A stretch of DNA of 64,000 nt, from positions 1,426,001 through 1,490,000 of the forward strand of contig LSRY02000017.1 of assembly GCA_001643675.2 (NCBI GenBank), written 5' to 3'. How positions within the stretch are numbered: the first letter of the stretch is position 1; every line of letters starts with the position of its first letter. Source of the DNA: Monocercomonoides exilis PA203. Taxonomy: Eukaryota; Protista; Preaxostyla. A program made the translations under genes and the position numbers. The notes beneath the pieces are model-generated. The model was not told the DNA's origin and searched no databases. It saw nothing but the letters and a program-made list of their open reading frames with translations. Shown one piece after another: positions 13,546 through 26,745 of the stretch.

Positions 13546-14223
13546 CTATTTTGCTTGACCTATCATAACTTTCACAAATTTTGCATATTCGATTTTTCCT
13601 GTTCCATCGTCTGCAATAAATTTTTAATATGTGAAAAATTAAGATCGAATTTTAAATGAAAACTTCATCCATAAATAAGAAATAAAATACAAACCTGCTT
13701 CTTTCATCATTGCATCAATCTGTGCGTCTTCTAAACGATCGGGAATGCTTTCCATAACTTTCCTTAAATCTGCAATGTTAACAAATCCAGTGTGTTCTCT
13801 GTCAAAAACTTTAAACGCTTCTAAAAGCGCAGGCTCATCGCTAGGCAGCTTTACGACCTCTTGCATAAGATGAATGAAGTCCAGTTGCTTCATGGGCTTG
13901 TTTGGATCCACTTTAGCCTGCTTGAAGCATGCAGATATCTGGTCAGGTGTTGGAGTGAATCCTAAAGCGTTCATGCCTGATAAAACAACATTTAAATAAT
14001 ATTAGACAAAACAACATTATATTTTACCTATCTGTAAATCTTGCCATGGAGCTTCTCCATCTTTATCGTTATCAAAAAGATAAAATGCTTCTTTCAATTG
14101 TTCAGTTGTTGGTGGTGCAGCCTTTGGCAAAAATGCATGAATCCAAAAACAGTTTTATTTTAGAATGGAATTTATTGGAGATAAAATGAAATATGTTCTT
14201 CAACAAAACAATAAGCAAACCAT
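13546..14223 (-). CDS. Calmodulin-like EF-hand protein (calmodulin/myosin light chain/centrin superfamily)
   Basis: M|AAPPTTEQLKEAFYLFDNDKDG...ALGFTPT...LLEAFKVFDREHTGFV...ADDGTGKIEYAKFVKVM; 4 exons. Confidence 0.88.
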
Positions 14224-14495
14224 GTTGTCAAATTCGATCAAAATTAAATCAACTGTGGGTGCACAAACCTCATCATAGAGATTTCCTTTCTAATCATTCA
14301 ATTAAATATTTTAAATGTTTAAAACTTTAAATAGTTGGTTTGAAATAAAAAAATTCGCAATCATAATAAACATGAAAATTATCACAGTTAAAAAAACGCA
14401 AGAAATGAGTGAAATGCGCAATTACAAAAGGAAAAGGAATGTAATTAGTAATTTATATTATTATAAATTGCTAAAAAAATTTCAAATTGAAATAT

Positions 14496-15401
14496 TTACA
14501 ATTCCTTTTTATTATTTTTGCTTGCTTTTGACTTCGATGAACCCTTATTCTTTCCTGAACCCGAAGTTGTTGAAGTTTCATCAATCTTCAATTTTGATGC
14601 AATTGAAAATTTTGCCATAAATTTGTGTATATTTTTGAAATTAACGTCTCCTTGATATTTTTCCATTTTATAATAAGGAGTCTTCTGTTCATCTTCCTCT
14701 CGTGAAAGAGCATAAAGAGAAGGATATTCAATTTCTCCAATGTCAGTTTTATTAATATCATCCAATTTCTTTTTAATGGCGCTCAACGAATCAAAGCTTT
14801 TACTTGCAAATCCACACACAAGTCCTTTTCTGTGCTTAAAGCACGATTCTTTAAACATTGGAGGTGGAGCGTTCTTTGATGACAGCAATAATATTCTAGG
14901 AACTTTGCTTGTTAAATTAAAAAATTTTTCTATTGCTGTGTCATTTGTAATTTGTGAGACTTGTCTTGCACCAAGCTGATTGTTTAATATAAACTTTCCC
15001 ATTGCTTTTGCTGAACGATCACGATCATATACCACTGGTTGCTTATTAGGTCGAAATAGAATAAATTTAGGTATTGTATATGTTTCATATGTTCTGGCAA
15101 GAGCAGGACAACTGTCAACATTTACAATTCCAATTTTTATTCCAATATTACGCATTGAAGTTGCGAGTTTTTCCATTGCTGGCATAGCCTGATGGCATGC
15201 TGGACATCTTGTTCCGTGAAACACTTTCATATTACATGTAAAATTTCAATAATTCTAAAACAAAATCCAATAAGTCAAACTGATGAAATACGTGTTTTCA
15301 TTTTCCAAAACTTCTTTAGAAAATGTTTTTTGAGTTAGTTCAATAAGGTCGCTTGCTGTTGCACCTTCCAAAAATAGTAATAAAGATAAAACAGAAAACA
15401 T
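14496..15401 (-). CDS. ER thioredoxin/PDI-family protein
   Basis: Signal-peptide-like MFSVLSLLLFLEGATA, then LIELTQKTF, a CPAC active site, VNVD and TIPKF. Ends in the KDEL-like KKEL. One intron. Confidence 0.85.
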
Positions 15402-15524
15402 TAAAAAAGTGATCTATGCCCATGACTTTGTTTCACATTTATTGAAAAAGAAACAAAAGGTGAATAATGACAGAAAATGAAACAAAAATCACAACAATCT
15501 TGTTAACGTGAAAGAATAATAAAT

Positions 15525-16226
15525 TTATAAAATTGTACATTTATCCGCACAAAGTTTTTTCTCATCAGATGACCGCATCGAATTGGATTGATCTTTGTCC
15601 ATTGAGCTAACATCTTGATCCGTGGTTGTTTGAGTAGATTGAGATGTCGACGAACTTTCATGCATTTCTTGAGCGTGCTGCTCATCAAACTCTTGAGGAG
15701 AAGCTGGTGATGTTTCAGGTGACGGAGAAGGAGTAAATTCGCGATGCCGCATATGAGCAGCGCTGTAATACATTTTAAATATAGGAGGTGCTTCGGATGA
15801 CGACGGTGCTCCCATGTTATCCCCAATTCCTGCAGATGCAGTTTCTGTTTGTGAAGATAGATTGCTATCTTTCACGAATATTTGGTTGTTATTATTTCCT
15901 CCTTCATCTGCAAGCATTGGCAGCATATTTGTCACAACCCAATGAACATTATTTACTAAAAATTTACACTGATAAGTGCCAACAGGAAGAGGAACGGAAC
16001 AATGCCAAATGTTTTCTGAGGTTGAATACTGGAGAGCTGTCCTTGTTCTCCATTCGTCCCAATCACCGCACACTTCAACGCTTGTTGTTCCTGGAGGATT
16101 TGGAAATTTAATTTCTGTTGGTATTGATTGCGGTTGTTTTGTTGATTCTTTGCCCTGAAATATTGAATTTTGCCACGGAGAAGGAATTGCTTCTGCCAAA
16201 TGAAGTTTATCGGTTTCAGACAACAT
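15525..16226 (-). CDS. CBM48 (AMPK-beta-type glycogen-binding) domain protein ending in a CaaX box
   Basis: VEVCGDWDEW...LPVGTYQCKFLVNNVHW...DEGGNNNN is the AMPK-beta CBM pattern. The ORF ends in CTIL-stop. Confidence 0.8.
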   Translation of the reverse strand: MLSETDKLHLAEAIPSPWQNSIFQGKESTKQPQSIPTEIKFPNPPGTTSVEVCGDWDEWRTRTALQYSTSENIWHCSVPLPVGTYQCKFLVNNVHWVVTNMLPMLADEGGNNNNQIFVKDSNLSSQTETASAGIGDNMGAPSSSEAPPIFKMYYSAAHMRHREFTPSPSPETSPASPQEFDEQHAQEMHESSSTSQSTQTTTDQDVSSMDKDQSNSMRSSDEKKLCADKCTIL

Positions 16227-16615
16227 AATCGAAAGTTTGTACTTCCACAATAAAAGTGAAAATTATGTATGAAATGCGAATATCTGCTAATGCCGTTTCA
16301 ACATTTTCCAGCAACAATTTGAGATAGTAGATCAAATTAGCCAACTTTTTTTGTTTCAATTCAAGAATTTTTTGATAATCCTGAATATTTTAAAAATAAA
16401 GCAATATTCTTATCACTGCAACACTCGCTTATTTTAAACAACAGCAAAAACACACAACTTATGCATGCTTTTGGAACAATCAAAAAAAAAAAAAAAAATA
16501 AACACATTTTTAATTATACAAAATTGAAAATTTTCAAATTAATGTTTTATCTGAAATTTAATTTTATGCAATAGAGACGATCTATATTTGTTATTACATA
16601 AGCCAGTGAAGTATT

Positions 16616-18080
16616 TCACTTTTTCGGATTTTTTTCTTCTTTGCTCGAAGTTCCCATCCACTTTGTTGCAAATGAAAACACATTCGCTACCGATCCAAAG
16701 AATGTGCGTGGGGGTTGATTTTGGTCTATTTTCTGTTCTTTTATTTTTTGGCTTCTTTCTTCTTTTTGTTCTTCTAATTTTCTTTCAATTTCATATTTCT
16801 CATTTTCTTCCTTTACTTTCTCAACATATTCATTGACTTTTAAAAACTCTTTTTCTTTTTTCATTCTTGCTCTCATAGCTTTGCTTGACATCTTTTTCGA
16901 AATTACGGGCACAGAAGATGGTTTTTCTGTCTTGTCGCTTAAACCAGAATGCTGTTCTTCTTTTAAAGGTGGTGAAGAAGTCTGAACAACATCTGCTGAA
17001 GTTGAAGTCGAAGATTGCAATGTGGTTGAAATGGGCAAAGTTGAATAAGAGGAAGATTTTGATGAAGTGCTTTGTGAAATGTTCTCTTGCGGATCTCTTT
17101 GTGCTTTGTTTTTTCCTTTCTTGTTGGCTTTCTTTTGAGAAGCTTTCGAACAAGAAGGTGGAGGTGCTTCTGTTTGTTTGGGCAAATCAATTGCAGCTGA
17201 TGCTTCCTGTGAAGATGAATCGTTACTTTTCTGTTTTGCAATTGACTGATCAATTTCTTGTTTTCTTTTGGAATTATTTGCATTTTGTGGTTTCCCTTTT
17301 TGATTCTCATTTTCTTTAGATTTGTTGTTTTTCTTTTTGCCTTTTTGGTTCTGAGAAATTGCTTTTGGATGTTTAGCATCATTACTTGTTTTGTCATGTA
17401 AACTTTCATTTGAAATGCTCACAATTTCCGTTGGACGTTCAACTTTTTCATCATTATAATTTTCAGAACACTTTGGAATTTTGTTGTTCATGATGCAAAG
17501 ATCACAAGTATTTGCATTAGCTTTTTCTTTCTCAAAATCTTCAACAACTGATTCTGAAGATACATCATTAAATTGTGACTCATTTTGTTGTTTCTGTGAA
17601 TCATCATTTTTTATATCATATTTCTTCAGTTCTTCATGATTTTCGTCATTCAAATTAAAGACATCGTTCTTGTTACTATCTTTGTTCATCAGATCATTCG
17701 CTTCAAATTCTAAACAAATTTATTATTAAATACAATTCAAATACAAAACTGATAATCAATTGATTCAAACACAAACCTTGCTCAACAACAAGCTGATTTT
17801 TCAATCAAAAAATAAAAAAAGTGCATAACGAATTTTCTAAAATAAATAAAACTAAAAACACCATATCACCGCTTTCAAATGTTTGAAAATTTGTGGTATC
17901 ATGATTAAATTGCTCGTAAAGCTCTTTAAATTCATCGCTTTTTTCAAAATCATCAAAAAGAAAATCATCCTGCGGTGCACCATCTGCTTGTGCAATAAAT
18001 AAGCCAAATTCATCTAAATCTTCATCACTTACATAAAACGGATCATTTTCAAGCGAAGAATCAACAATAAAATCGCTCAT
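16616..18080 (-). CDS. Hypothetical protein: acidic N-terminus, Lys/Ser-rich middle, C-terminal coiled coil
   Basis: ORFs 17805-18080 and 16616-17689 are linked through short introns and a small exon. No domain recognised. Confidence 0.6.
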
Positions 18081-18298
18081 ATGAATTTAATACATTGATT
18101 AAGGGAATGTTATATTGAAAATCAGATTGAGCAGTGAGATGAATAAAACAGATAAATTGTAAATGTTAAGCAGGAAGATACATTTCAAAAGGAAAATAAA
18201 TAAAACAAAATGGAATACGGTGTATGAAAAACGCAAATGAAGTGCATAAAGAATTGAGATAATGAAGTGAAATATCCAATTAACAACTTTTAAAGAGA

Positions 18299-21297
18299 TC
18301 ATTGCTGCTCATATTTAGTAATATAGCGAAGAAGTTTATGCTGAGTTTGAGTGTTAAATTCTTCAATGTCAAATTCAACTTCTTCTTTTTCTCCCCACTA
18401 AAAATCAAAAATTGTCCCAACATTTTCATTAGAAAAAAGTATTTAAATGAACAAAAAGCACACTTTATCTGAATCTTTTGTGATGGAATGAAGATATCTA
18501 ATGAGCTGATCAAGATTCTCCATTGCAAGATTACCAATGCCATTTGTAATGACTTCCTTCTCATCCAATGATAAAGGTCTATCATAAATTAATCACAAAA
18601 AATTTCCAATAAGAGCAAATGTAATTTATTATCTTAACAAGAAGAGTTAAACAGAACATACACATCATCACCTGCTTCTGTTGTTGTCAAAATTGGGTCG
18701 AGGGGTGAGTCGTCTGAAAGTGTCAGCTGCCCTTCAATCACTGGAATATCATTTCCTAAAAAGGAAAAAAAAGATGAGTTAGAATGAAATTTTATCCGTT
18801 TGCAGGGGGCAATTTTTACACAAGGCAAGTCCGAAGCATTTAAAAAAGAATAATCGAATGAAAAAGTAAACGAAAACCAGCACAATAACAAATCACACCA
18901 GAAGCAGACGATTGGTCATCTGAAGAAGAAGACGATCCTTGAGTCGCAAAAGAAGGAGGCTGAAAAGCAGAAGAGGAAGAGAACTTGCTTTCCTCTGAAT
19001 AAACTGATGATGATTGAGGGTGTGTGAGAGTAGCTGATGCAGGAGAGGAAGCAAGCGGAGCACCAGAAGAAGATGAAGCAGACTTAACCTGAGGAGAGGC
19101 TGTGTGCTGGGGAAATGCCTGTGCTGCATCTTCGTCATTCGCACCAAACGAATCATCGTTCAAGTCATCATCTTCATCATCTTCATCGTCCTCATCATCA
19201 TCATCATCATCATCGTCATCATATGAATCGTTGGATTCATCGTCCTCAGCAAATGGATCCAGCTTCTTCATCCGCTGTTTTTTATCTTTTTTCCCTTGTT
19301 TATCTCCGCCTGCCATCGAGCCAAACCCAACAGCCAAGTTGCTTTGCGTTTCTGATAAAGTTTAAAAAACAAAGTGTTGCGAAAACACAAAAAATGAACA
19401 AATTTGTATTTCATAACGAAAGACAACACGAAAGATAATCGAATATTAAGATATTTAATCATTCACATGAATATAACCACGTATCACACGTCTCTTCTTC
19501 TTCTTTCCGCCTTTTGAGCTGCCAGATGCTGCTCCGCCAGACACCATTTGCGAGAGGCCCATTTGACTCACCATTTCTGGCGTCATAACAAGAACCATTC
19601 CCTGCGGCGTCATCATCATTGCATTCTGAACACATACAAGGCAAAATAACATGAAAATTCAATCCATTTTTTTTAAGCACCACTCAAACAGCCACACCTG
19701 CATCGACCCAGGAATCATCCCGATTTCTCCCGCACCCTTTTGGCCCTTTCCTTTTCCTTTCGTCCCGCGATGCGACGAAAACGAAGGAGAGCTCGATATT
19801 CCCTGTGACGACGGGGTTGTGGATCTTCTCTTCTTTGCTGTTGAGCTGGCGCTGTGATGTGCTGTCCAATGGCCGTCGTTCTCAGAGCGGCGATACTCCT
19901 GCGCATACTGCTTCTGGCTCAGCAGCGACGAGACATACGGAGAAGATGCACTTCGAAAGAAAAAGAATAAGTTGGACAAAATGTATACATTTATGCATAT
20001 TGTTTATGAAATGAACGATTAATGGTTCATTGACATAGCAAATTGTTAAAGACAATGTTGGCCAAACAATGAAATGAAGACAAAAATATGTCAAAATGTC
20101 AGCCAAAGGAAAATTTAATAAGTTTGAAAAAAATTTATTTAACACAAATTATACAAGCCAAACCTTGATGTTAGGGGCGAAGACAAAAGAGGAGTGGAAT
20201 TTGAAGGAAGCTTTCCAGTACGCTGTCGTGTCTGAATTTTATCTTCCTCTTTTTTCTCCCCTTTACCGTCTGTCCCACGACGCTTCGAAGCATTTGATGA
20301 TCTTCCTTGGTCAGAATCTTCGAAAGGGTCGTTATTGTAAGAATCTGAAAAAACAACAATAAATAAAATTGAGTGAGATGATTCGCAATTTGAATATGAT
20401 AAACATTGTTGTAAATGTTAGAAAATGTTGTCAAAAAGCACATATATTACAAGGTGAAAAAAATGTATCACAAACCAACTGAAGGAGAAGATCCTCTTCG
20501 TGATGGTGTATCTGAGCTGCACTTTGCTGCAATAAGGTCTTGAGCTGTTGAAGTTCCAGCAATATCAACATCCTTAGCTGTCCACCATCCTTTTTCAACC
20601 ATTCGCTCTAACTTTTTTGCAAATGCTTTTTGCAAATCAATTGCCATTTCCACTACTTCGCTTCCTGCCTTATTATACAAATAGCAATTATCCCAAACAA
20701 GATGAATTGCTCCAAGTATCTCTTTCACTGTTTTAAATGGGGCCTTTTTTGTGGGCCGCGCAGTATATGTCTGCGTTTTACTATCTGATGAAGTGACAGG
20801 TTGAAATGTTGGAATTTTATCTCGAATGGTAGAAAGATCCATTGGGTGCTTTACAACAGCAAAATAATCTGGTATGCTTAAAGCAACTGGATCGACTGGT
20901 TCTTTAAATGGACCAGCAGCGCGATGTTGCATTAACTCATTAACACATTTGCGAAGATAACTGAAAGTGTTTTGATGTTTCGAAGGAAATTAAAGAAGTT
21001 ATTAAAAATACATAAAAACATGTATTTATTTCAAACTTCATCATCTCTACAGTTTTTTTAGAATATACAACATCCCCTCTAGACGATTGGGATTGCGTTG
21101 GTGAAGTGGGTTTTTGTGGAGTAGACGTTTGTAGAGTGGGAGAACGACGCTTTGATTTTGCACTTTTCAAAGACTAGTTAAACAAAAGAAGCAGTTCAAT
21201 AAATTGCTCAATAACGTATGTCTACCTTATCTTTGGATTCCACGTTATCCAAAAAATTAAGCAACGAGTTTAAATCGTTACTTCCTTTGTCTGCCAT
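18299..21297 (-). CDS. Single-bromodomain + ET-domain protein (BET/GTE-like)
   Basis: Bromodomain GPFKEPVDPVALSIPDYFAVVKHPMDLSTI...WDNCYLYN. C-terminal ET-like PLSLDEKEVITNGIGNL...EEVEFDIEEFNTQTQHKLLRYI. Confidence 0.87.
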
Positions 21298-22145
21298 TTT
21301 CAAAATTTGTTTGCCATAATTCAAAAGAAACAATGATCTAAATAAGGGTTACTTTTTTGGAAATTGCTTCATTTTGGTGAAAAGCAATGATATTATTTTG
21401 ATTACAAAATAGTTGAATGCAGTATTTGAGATGGATTATTTGGAGAAGAAATGTTTTGTTACATTTATTGAATTTTGAGTTTTTATTGTTCATTTTATAT
21501 TAATTGTCCTTATCAGCAGTACATTTTTCAAACTTTTATTGTTTGTAATGTATTGTGCATGCAATTTATACTGAAAATGTTTTAAATGAGAACATTTCAT
21601 TTTTTTGGATAACCTTAAACACGAATTTCTTATCTTTTTTTCTTTTTAAGTTCTGTGACCATTGCAATATAAATAAAATTGCATTTTTCAGAAATAATAT
21701 TTTCTAGTGGCTTCTTTTTTTTTTTAGAGTGCAAAAAACTATTATTCTTGCATTTCAAAGAAAAAACAATCATAAATAATCTAAATTTTGAGAGCTTTGA
21801 ATGCTATCTGTTAAAGTTGTATTTTATATTTTCGGATTGTTTGACAACTTGATAGGTGAAAATGTTTCAAAGCCTATTATTATTCAACAAATCTTATTAA
21901 ATGAGAATTGAATTGTATTTTCAAACAAAAAATTTTGAACTTTTGTTTGTCAAAAAAGACTAAAAATAGTTAAACATCGTTTTGAAAAGAGGGATAATGC
22001 TTCGAAAGAATGGTGATATGAAACATCGTCAATTCCATAATATATTTGATTTGATTCATAAATATTGACATGTTTATTATCTACAACAACACGAGTTATA
22101 TGACATGAAACATACTACAGTTTTTATTCGTAATATTTCACCAAG

Positions 22146-23296
22146 ATGAGTACAATCGTTTCGACTTTCTTGTTATTGCTGGAACTCGCATTCTCTCAAG
22201 TTTGTATCGATAAATATTTCTATTGAGACATTTAAAATGTATATTACAAAATCATAAAGTGGGGAGGAAGAGGAGGAATGCCTGGAATGGGAGGAGGAGG
22301 AATGCCGGGTATGGGCGGTGGGGGAATGCCAGGGATGGGTGGTGGTAGTCCGTTTGGAGGGAATGGAATGGGTGGCGGAAGCCCATTCGGTGGTAATGGA
22401 ATGGGAGGCGGAAGTCCTTTTGGGGGAAATGGAATGGGAGGCTCTCCCTTTGGAGGAAATGGTTTTGGAAATTCACCATTCGGAGGCAATGGAATGGGCA
22501 ATTCTCCATTTGGCGGCCAAAGCAGTTTGTTTTATCTTTTTTATTTTTCTTCCACCTTTTTATGGCTATTTCTTTATGATCATCTTATTTGCTTAGGTCC
22601 TTTTGGTGGTAATTCACCATTTGGAGGACAAAGTTCACCATTTGGTGGTCAGAGTTCACCATTCGGAGGGCAAAATTCTCCTTTCGGTGGACAAAACTCC
22701 CCGTTCGGAGGGCAAAACTCTCCATTTGGAGGACAAAACTCCCCATTCGGAAACCAGAATTCTCCATTCGGAGGACAGAATTCTCCATTTGGCGGACAAA
22801 ACTCTCCATTTGGTAATCAAAACTCTCCATACGGACAACAGCAGAACCCATTCGCACCTCCACAGCAGCAGCAGCCATGCTACCAGCAGCCACAACAGCG
22901 TCCACCCCAACAACAATGCCCACCGCAACAACAGGCACCACCTCAGCAGCAGTGCCCGCCTCAGCAGCAGGCTCCACCTCAGCAACAACAACCGTGCCAG
23001 AAGCCTGCTCCGGCTGCTGAAGCTCCTTGCGAAGAAGCAAAGCCATGCGCAAAAGAGGGACCAGCTGCAGCTCCTGTCAAGGAATGCTCAGCAGAACCAA
23101 AAGTTAGCGAAGAGCCAGCAGTTCGCGGAAGGAACATGAATAAACAGAGAGGTTTGTCTACATGTTATTATAAAGAATTGACTTAACTTTAAAAGTTGAT
23201 TAACTATATTCAAAAAACAAAAATATTTTTACTTAACAATATTTTGTTTCACTCAAAAATCCAGCTGGAAGAGCTAGCCGAGGAGGAACCGAGTAA
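22146..23296 (+). CDS. Secreted Gly/Phe-repeat (SPFGG) and Gln/Pro/Cys-rich protein
   Basis: Exon 1 encodes the signal-like MSTIVSTFLLLLELAFSQ. Repeats MPGMGGG, GGSPFGGNGM, GGQNSPF and PPQQQC/APP follow. Four exons. Confidence 0.75.
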
Positions 23297-23498
23297 ATGA
23301 CCACTTCTTCACGATTTTTCCCCTTACAATCTCTCTTGTCACTTTCACATTATAATGCGAAAACGCAACCTTTCACATTCATATAATTTAAAGATTTTGC
23401 AAAGAAAACAATTATTTTATTAATTAAAACTTGCTTAAAAGTCGTATTGATCTTAATAAAATTTGAAAAAAAAAGAAAGAAATGAGAAATTTTTAATA

Positions 23499-25342
23499 TC
23501 ACTTACTATCAGAATTTGTGTCAAATGCCTCCAGAAACTTCGTAATTGAAAGATCGTTCAGTGGAGAAGAAGAGGAGGAGGAAGATGAGGAAGAGGAAGA
23601 GGAAGATGGAGAAGGAGATGGTGCAGTCGATGTAGGAGAAGTGGACGATGGTGTTGGTGTATTTGAGATCCCGAAGGATGAAGAGCGATTGTGAGATGAA
23701 GAAGACAGGGAGGGATTTGAAATGAATGAAGGCTTTCCCATTGCAGACGATCCGAAGCCGAACAGATCGTCCTCGACATCGTCGTTGAATGGGGTGAGAA
23801 ATGAAGATGGAGACGTGCTCCGCTGCGGCAGCACAGGAGGGCGCTTGGTGGACTTCGCAGACAGCCTCCGCATGTAAGCGCCACTTGAACACAAAGTTCC
23901 TGAGGACGGAGAAGAAGCAACACCTGGTCCAGTTTGTGCGGCCGATGAAGGAGATGTCGAGCGGTGGTAAGGCGAAGGCGAACGCACACGCGAGCCAGTG
24001 ATGGAAGAGGAAGTGGAAAGTGAGGCAGAAGTGGAGGGTGCGGGTGAGTGTGCGGATGAGTGGTGACTCAGCCCTGAAAGGTGGCCTGTAGACGAGGTAG
24101 GATTAAGCGGTGGCTGCCCTGACGCTCCTCCAAACCCCCCTGCACCTGAATCTCCGTCTGAATAAAACGTCTCAAAAGTGCCTCCTTTCTCCGATCCTGT
24201 CGAAGGAGAAAACGGAGACGAGTGGGCTTTTGACCTGCCATAATATGAACTGCCAGACCCGACTGCAGCGCTTGCATCCAAGCCATATTGTGGACTGAAA
24301 CCAGCAAAATACGGATGTTGTAGCGCCTCGGCAGCTGTTGGGCGAGACGCAGGATTAAAACGGAGCAGTTTTCTAATCAGATCAATGGCAGGAGGAGAGG
24401 CAGAGGGAATCAGAGTTTCCAGTGCAACGCCCGAAACAGAAGGGAAGCGGATGCTGAGTTTTGTGGCCTGCTGACATCCTTCGGGCCAGAAAAGCCCGGC
24501 CGTCGAGGAAACTGAAGATGAAACGTCTGTTGGCGAGCCTAACACTGAAAACATTTTAAACAGCTGATCTAACTCCGATGATCCAGGAAATAGCGGTGTT
24601 TTCATGTACAACTCTGCCATGATACACCCAACCCCCCATAAGTCAATAGGTGAGGAATAATTTCGACAACGCAATAACACTTCAGGTGCACGATACCAAC
24701 GAGTAGATACATATTCAGTGTATGGAGGCATTGATCTTATCTCTCGTGCTTCTCCGAAATCACTGATTTTAACTGTAGTTCCTTTAAACAATAGATTTTC
24801 TGGTTTTATGTCTCGGTGAAAAAATCCGTTTGAATGCATATAATTTAAGCCATCAAGTGTTTGATAACTTTAAGTAAGAAAATTGAAAATAATAATAATA
24901 ATACTTCACAACAATAATTGAATTCTCAAGACACACATCACATTTTTTATGCGTTCTTCTGTAAAAGGATGATCAGGACTTTTCATCCTGTCATAAAGGT
25001 TACCTTCGCAAAGTTCGAATACAAAATACAGCTCAGTTCCTTGACGGAAAAGTTCCTTTAATTTGACAATATTTGTATGCGATAATTTTTGAAGTGACTA
25101 CACGAAAATTAGAATGTGATTATCCGAAAAGAATTGAATACATAGATATTTGTTATAAACTACAAAAAAATACAAAAAATAAAGACCTTTGCTTCTCTCA
25201 AATTTGTGCATTCGGACCATGTTTGAAATGGACGCTTCATTTTTTTAATAGCAACAATTTCATTTGTTGCTGGATTAAAAGCTTTGGAAACAGTTCCATA
25301 TGCTCCATCTCCCAAAAGCTTCAGAACTTTGAATCTATTCAT
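23499..25342 (-). CDS. MAK: MAK/ICK (RCK-family CMGC) protein kinase with Ser-rich tail
   Basis: [60 protein letters not shown]. Confidence 0.92.
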
Positions 25343-25710
25343 TCAGCTTTTTAATTTTCAGTGAATGTAGTACTTAAAAAAGAGTTGCCTGGAGGCTATG
25401 TAACGATAAGAAGCACAAAAAACCCTGAACCAATTCAACGGCCTTTTATTGATTCTCCAGATAATATGCCAAGATCAATTTTTAACTCAAAAACAATAAA
25501 ATATCAACAAAAATATTCTTTTTTTGAATTAAACAATAATTTATTATGAAGTGATAAACACAAAAAATGAAATGATGAAAATTTTCCTTTTTTGTCAATT
25601 CAAGCACAAATAAGTAAAATTACCCCAACAACTAACACAATATAAACAATTCCCCAATAATCAACAGCACTGGGAGCTATTGCACAATAATTTGGGAAAA
25701 TATGATTTAT

Positions 25711-26516
25711 TTAATGAAGAAAGGTTTCATAAAAGCAAACCGCAAGAAATGTCAGTCTCCCAGCGATAATACAAGCATAATTCTGAATTGCCGCAAGCAT
25801 CTTCATTCTCATCCTTGGTATTTGTAAACAAATAAAAAGTGAATGTTTAAAAATAAATTTTGCATACATAACCAGGCGTTGCTGGAGTTTTTCTGTTACA
25901 AACAAAGTCAATTCTAAAATGATTTGAAAACTTAAATTATTGAAAAAAAGATTGAAAAATACATTGCCAATGCTATCAAACATAAAAAGGTTCTAAAAAT
26001 CGATAATAAAAGAGATTAATTCATACGTGGACCAGAATCATTTTCATCTTCCTCATCAGAAATTGCTTTACGCTTTCTTTTTGAAAAATTATTTGAATTT
26101 TTCTTGGAAGTTACATTGGAATCTGCTTCGTAGCACAATCTTATGGTATTTGATGATGGAAGCTCTGCATCTGGATCGCAATCTATTTGATGGAAGTTTG
26201 TCATTATCTCATCTGCATCAATCATCACAAGATTCTTTGCTCCTGGAATTGTCATATTTGGACATGGATGATAAAAATACGTGACTTCATTGTCTATTGT
26301 TTGAAATTTCGATATTCAAAAATATCCAACAAATAAAACGAGTATTTTTGGTAAAAAAGCAAGCAAACCCTCATGTTCAATTCTCTGAATTTCAGTTGGA
26401 GATAATTGGGAAAATGATTTTCCTTCAAATACACATTCAGAATTTGAATCTTCTGAATTTGTCATAACGTCACATTTTGTTGTTGTAACTGCAATTACAA
26501 ACAACAAAAAATGCAT
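25711..26516 (-). CDS. Small hypothetical protein, possible signal peptide, multi-exon
   Basis: Hydrophobic start MHFLLFVIAV and several short ORF pieces separated by AT-rich intron-like gaps. Confidence 0.4.
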
Positions 26517-26745
26517 TATTTTTAATAAAGGTACAAGGCAAAAGATCCAAAGTCTTATTATATTTCTTTTATTTTTTGATAACAAGGAAATTTCTTTAAA
26601 AAACGTTTGAGAGATAGCAAAAATATAACCAGCAGTTTGTGTTAAACATTATTTATCATTATTTAAATGCTATAAATTGTTTGAAACTTTAACAGACCGA
26701 TAGGCAGAATTCAATATTGGATAATACTTCAATCACATTTTTTCA

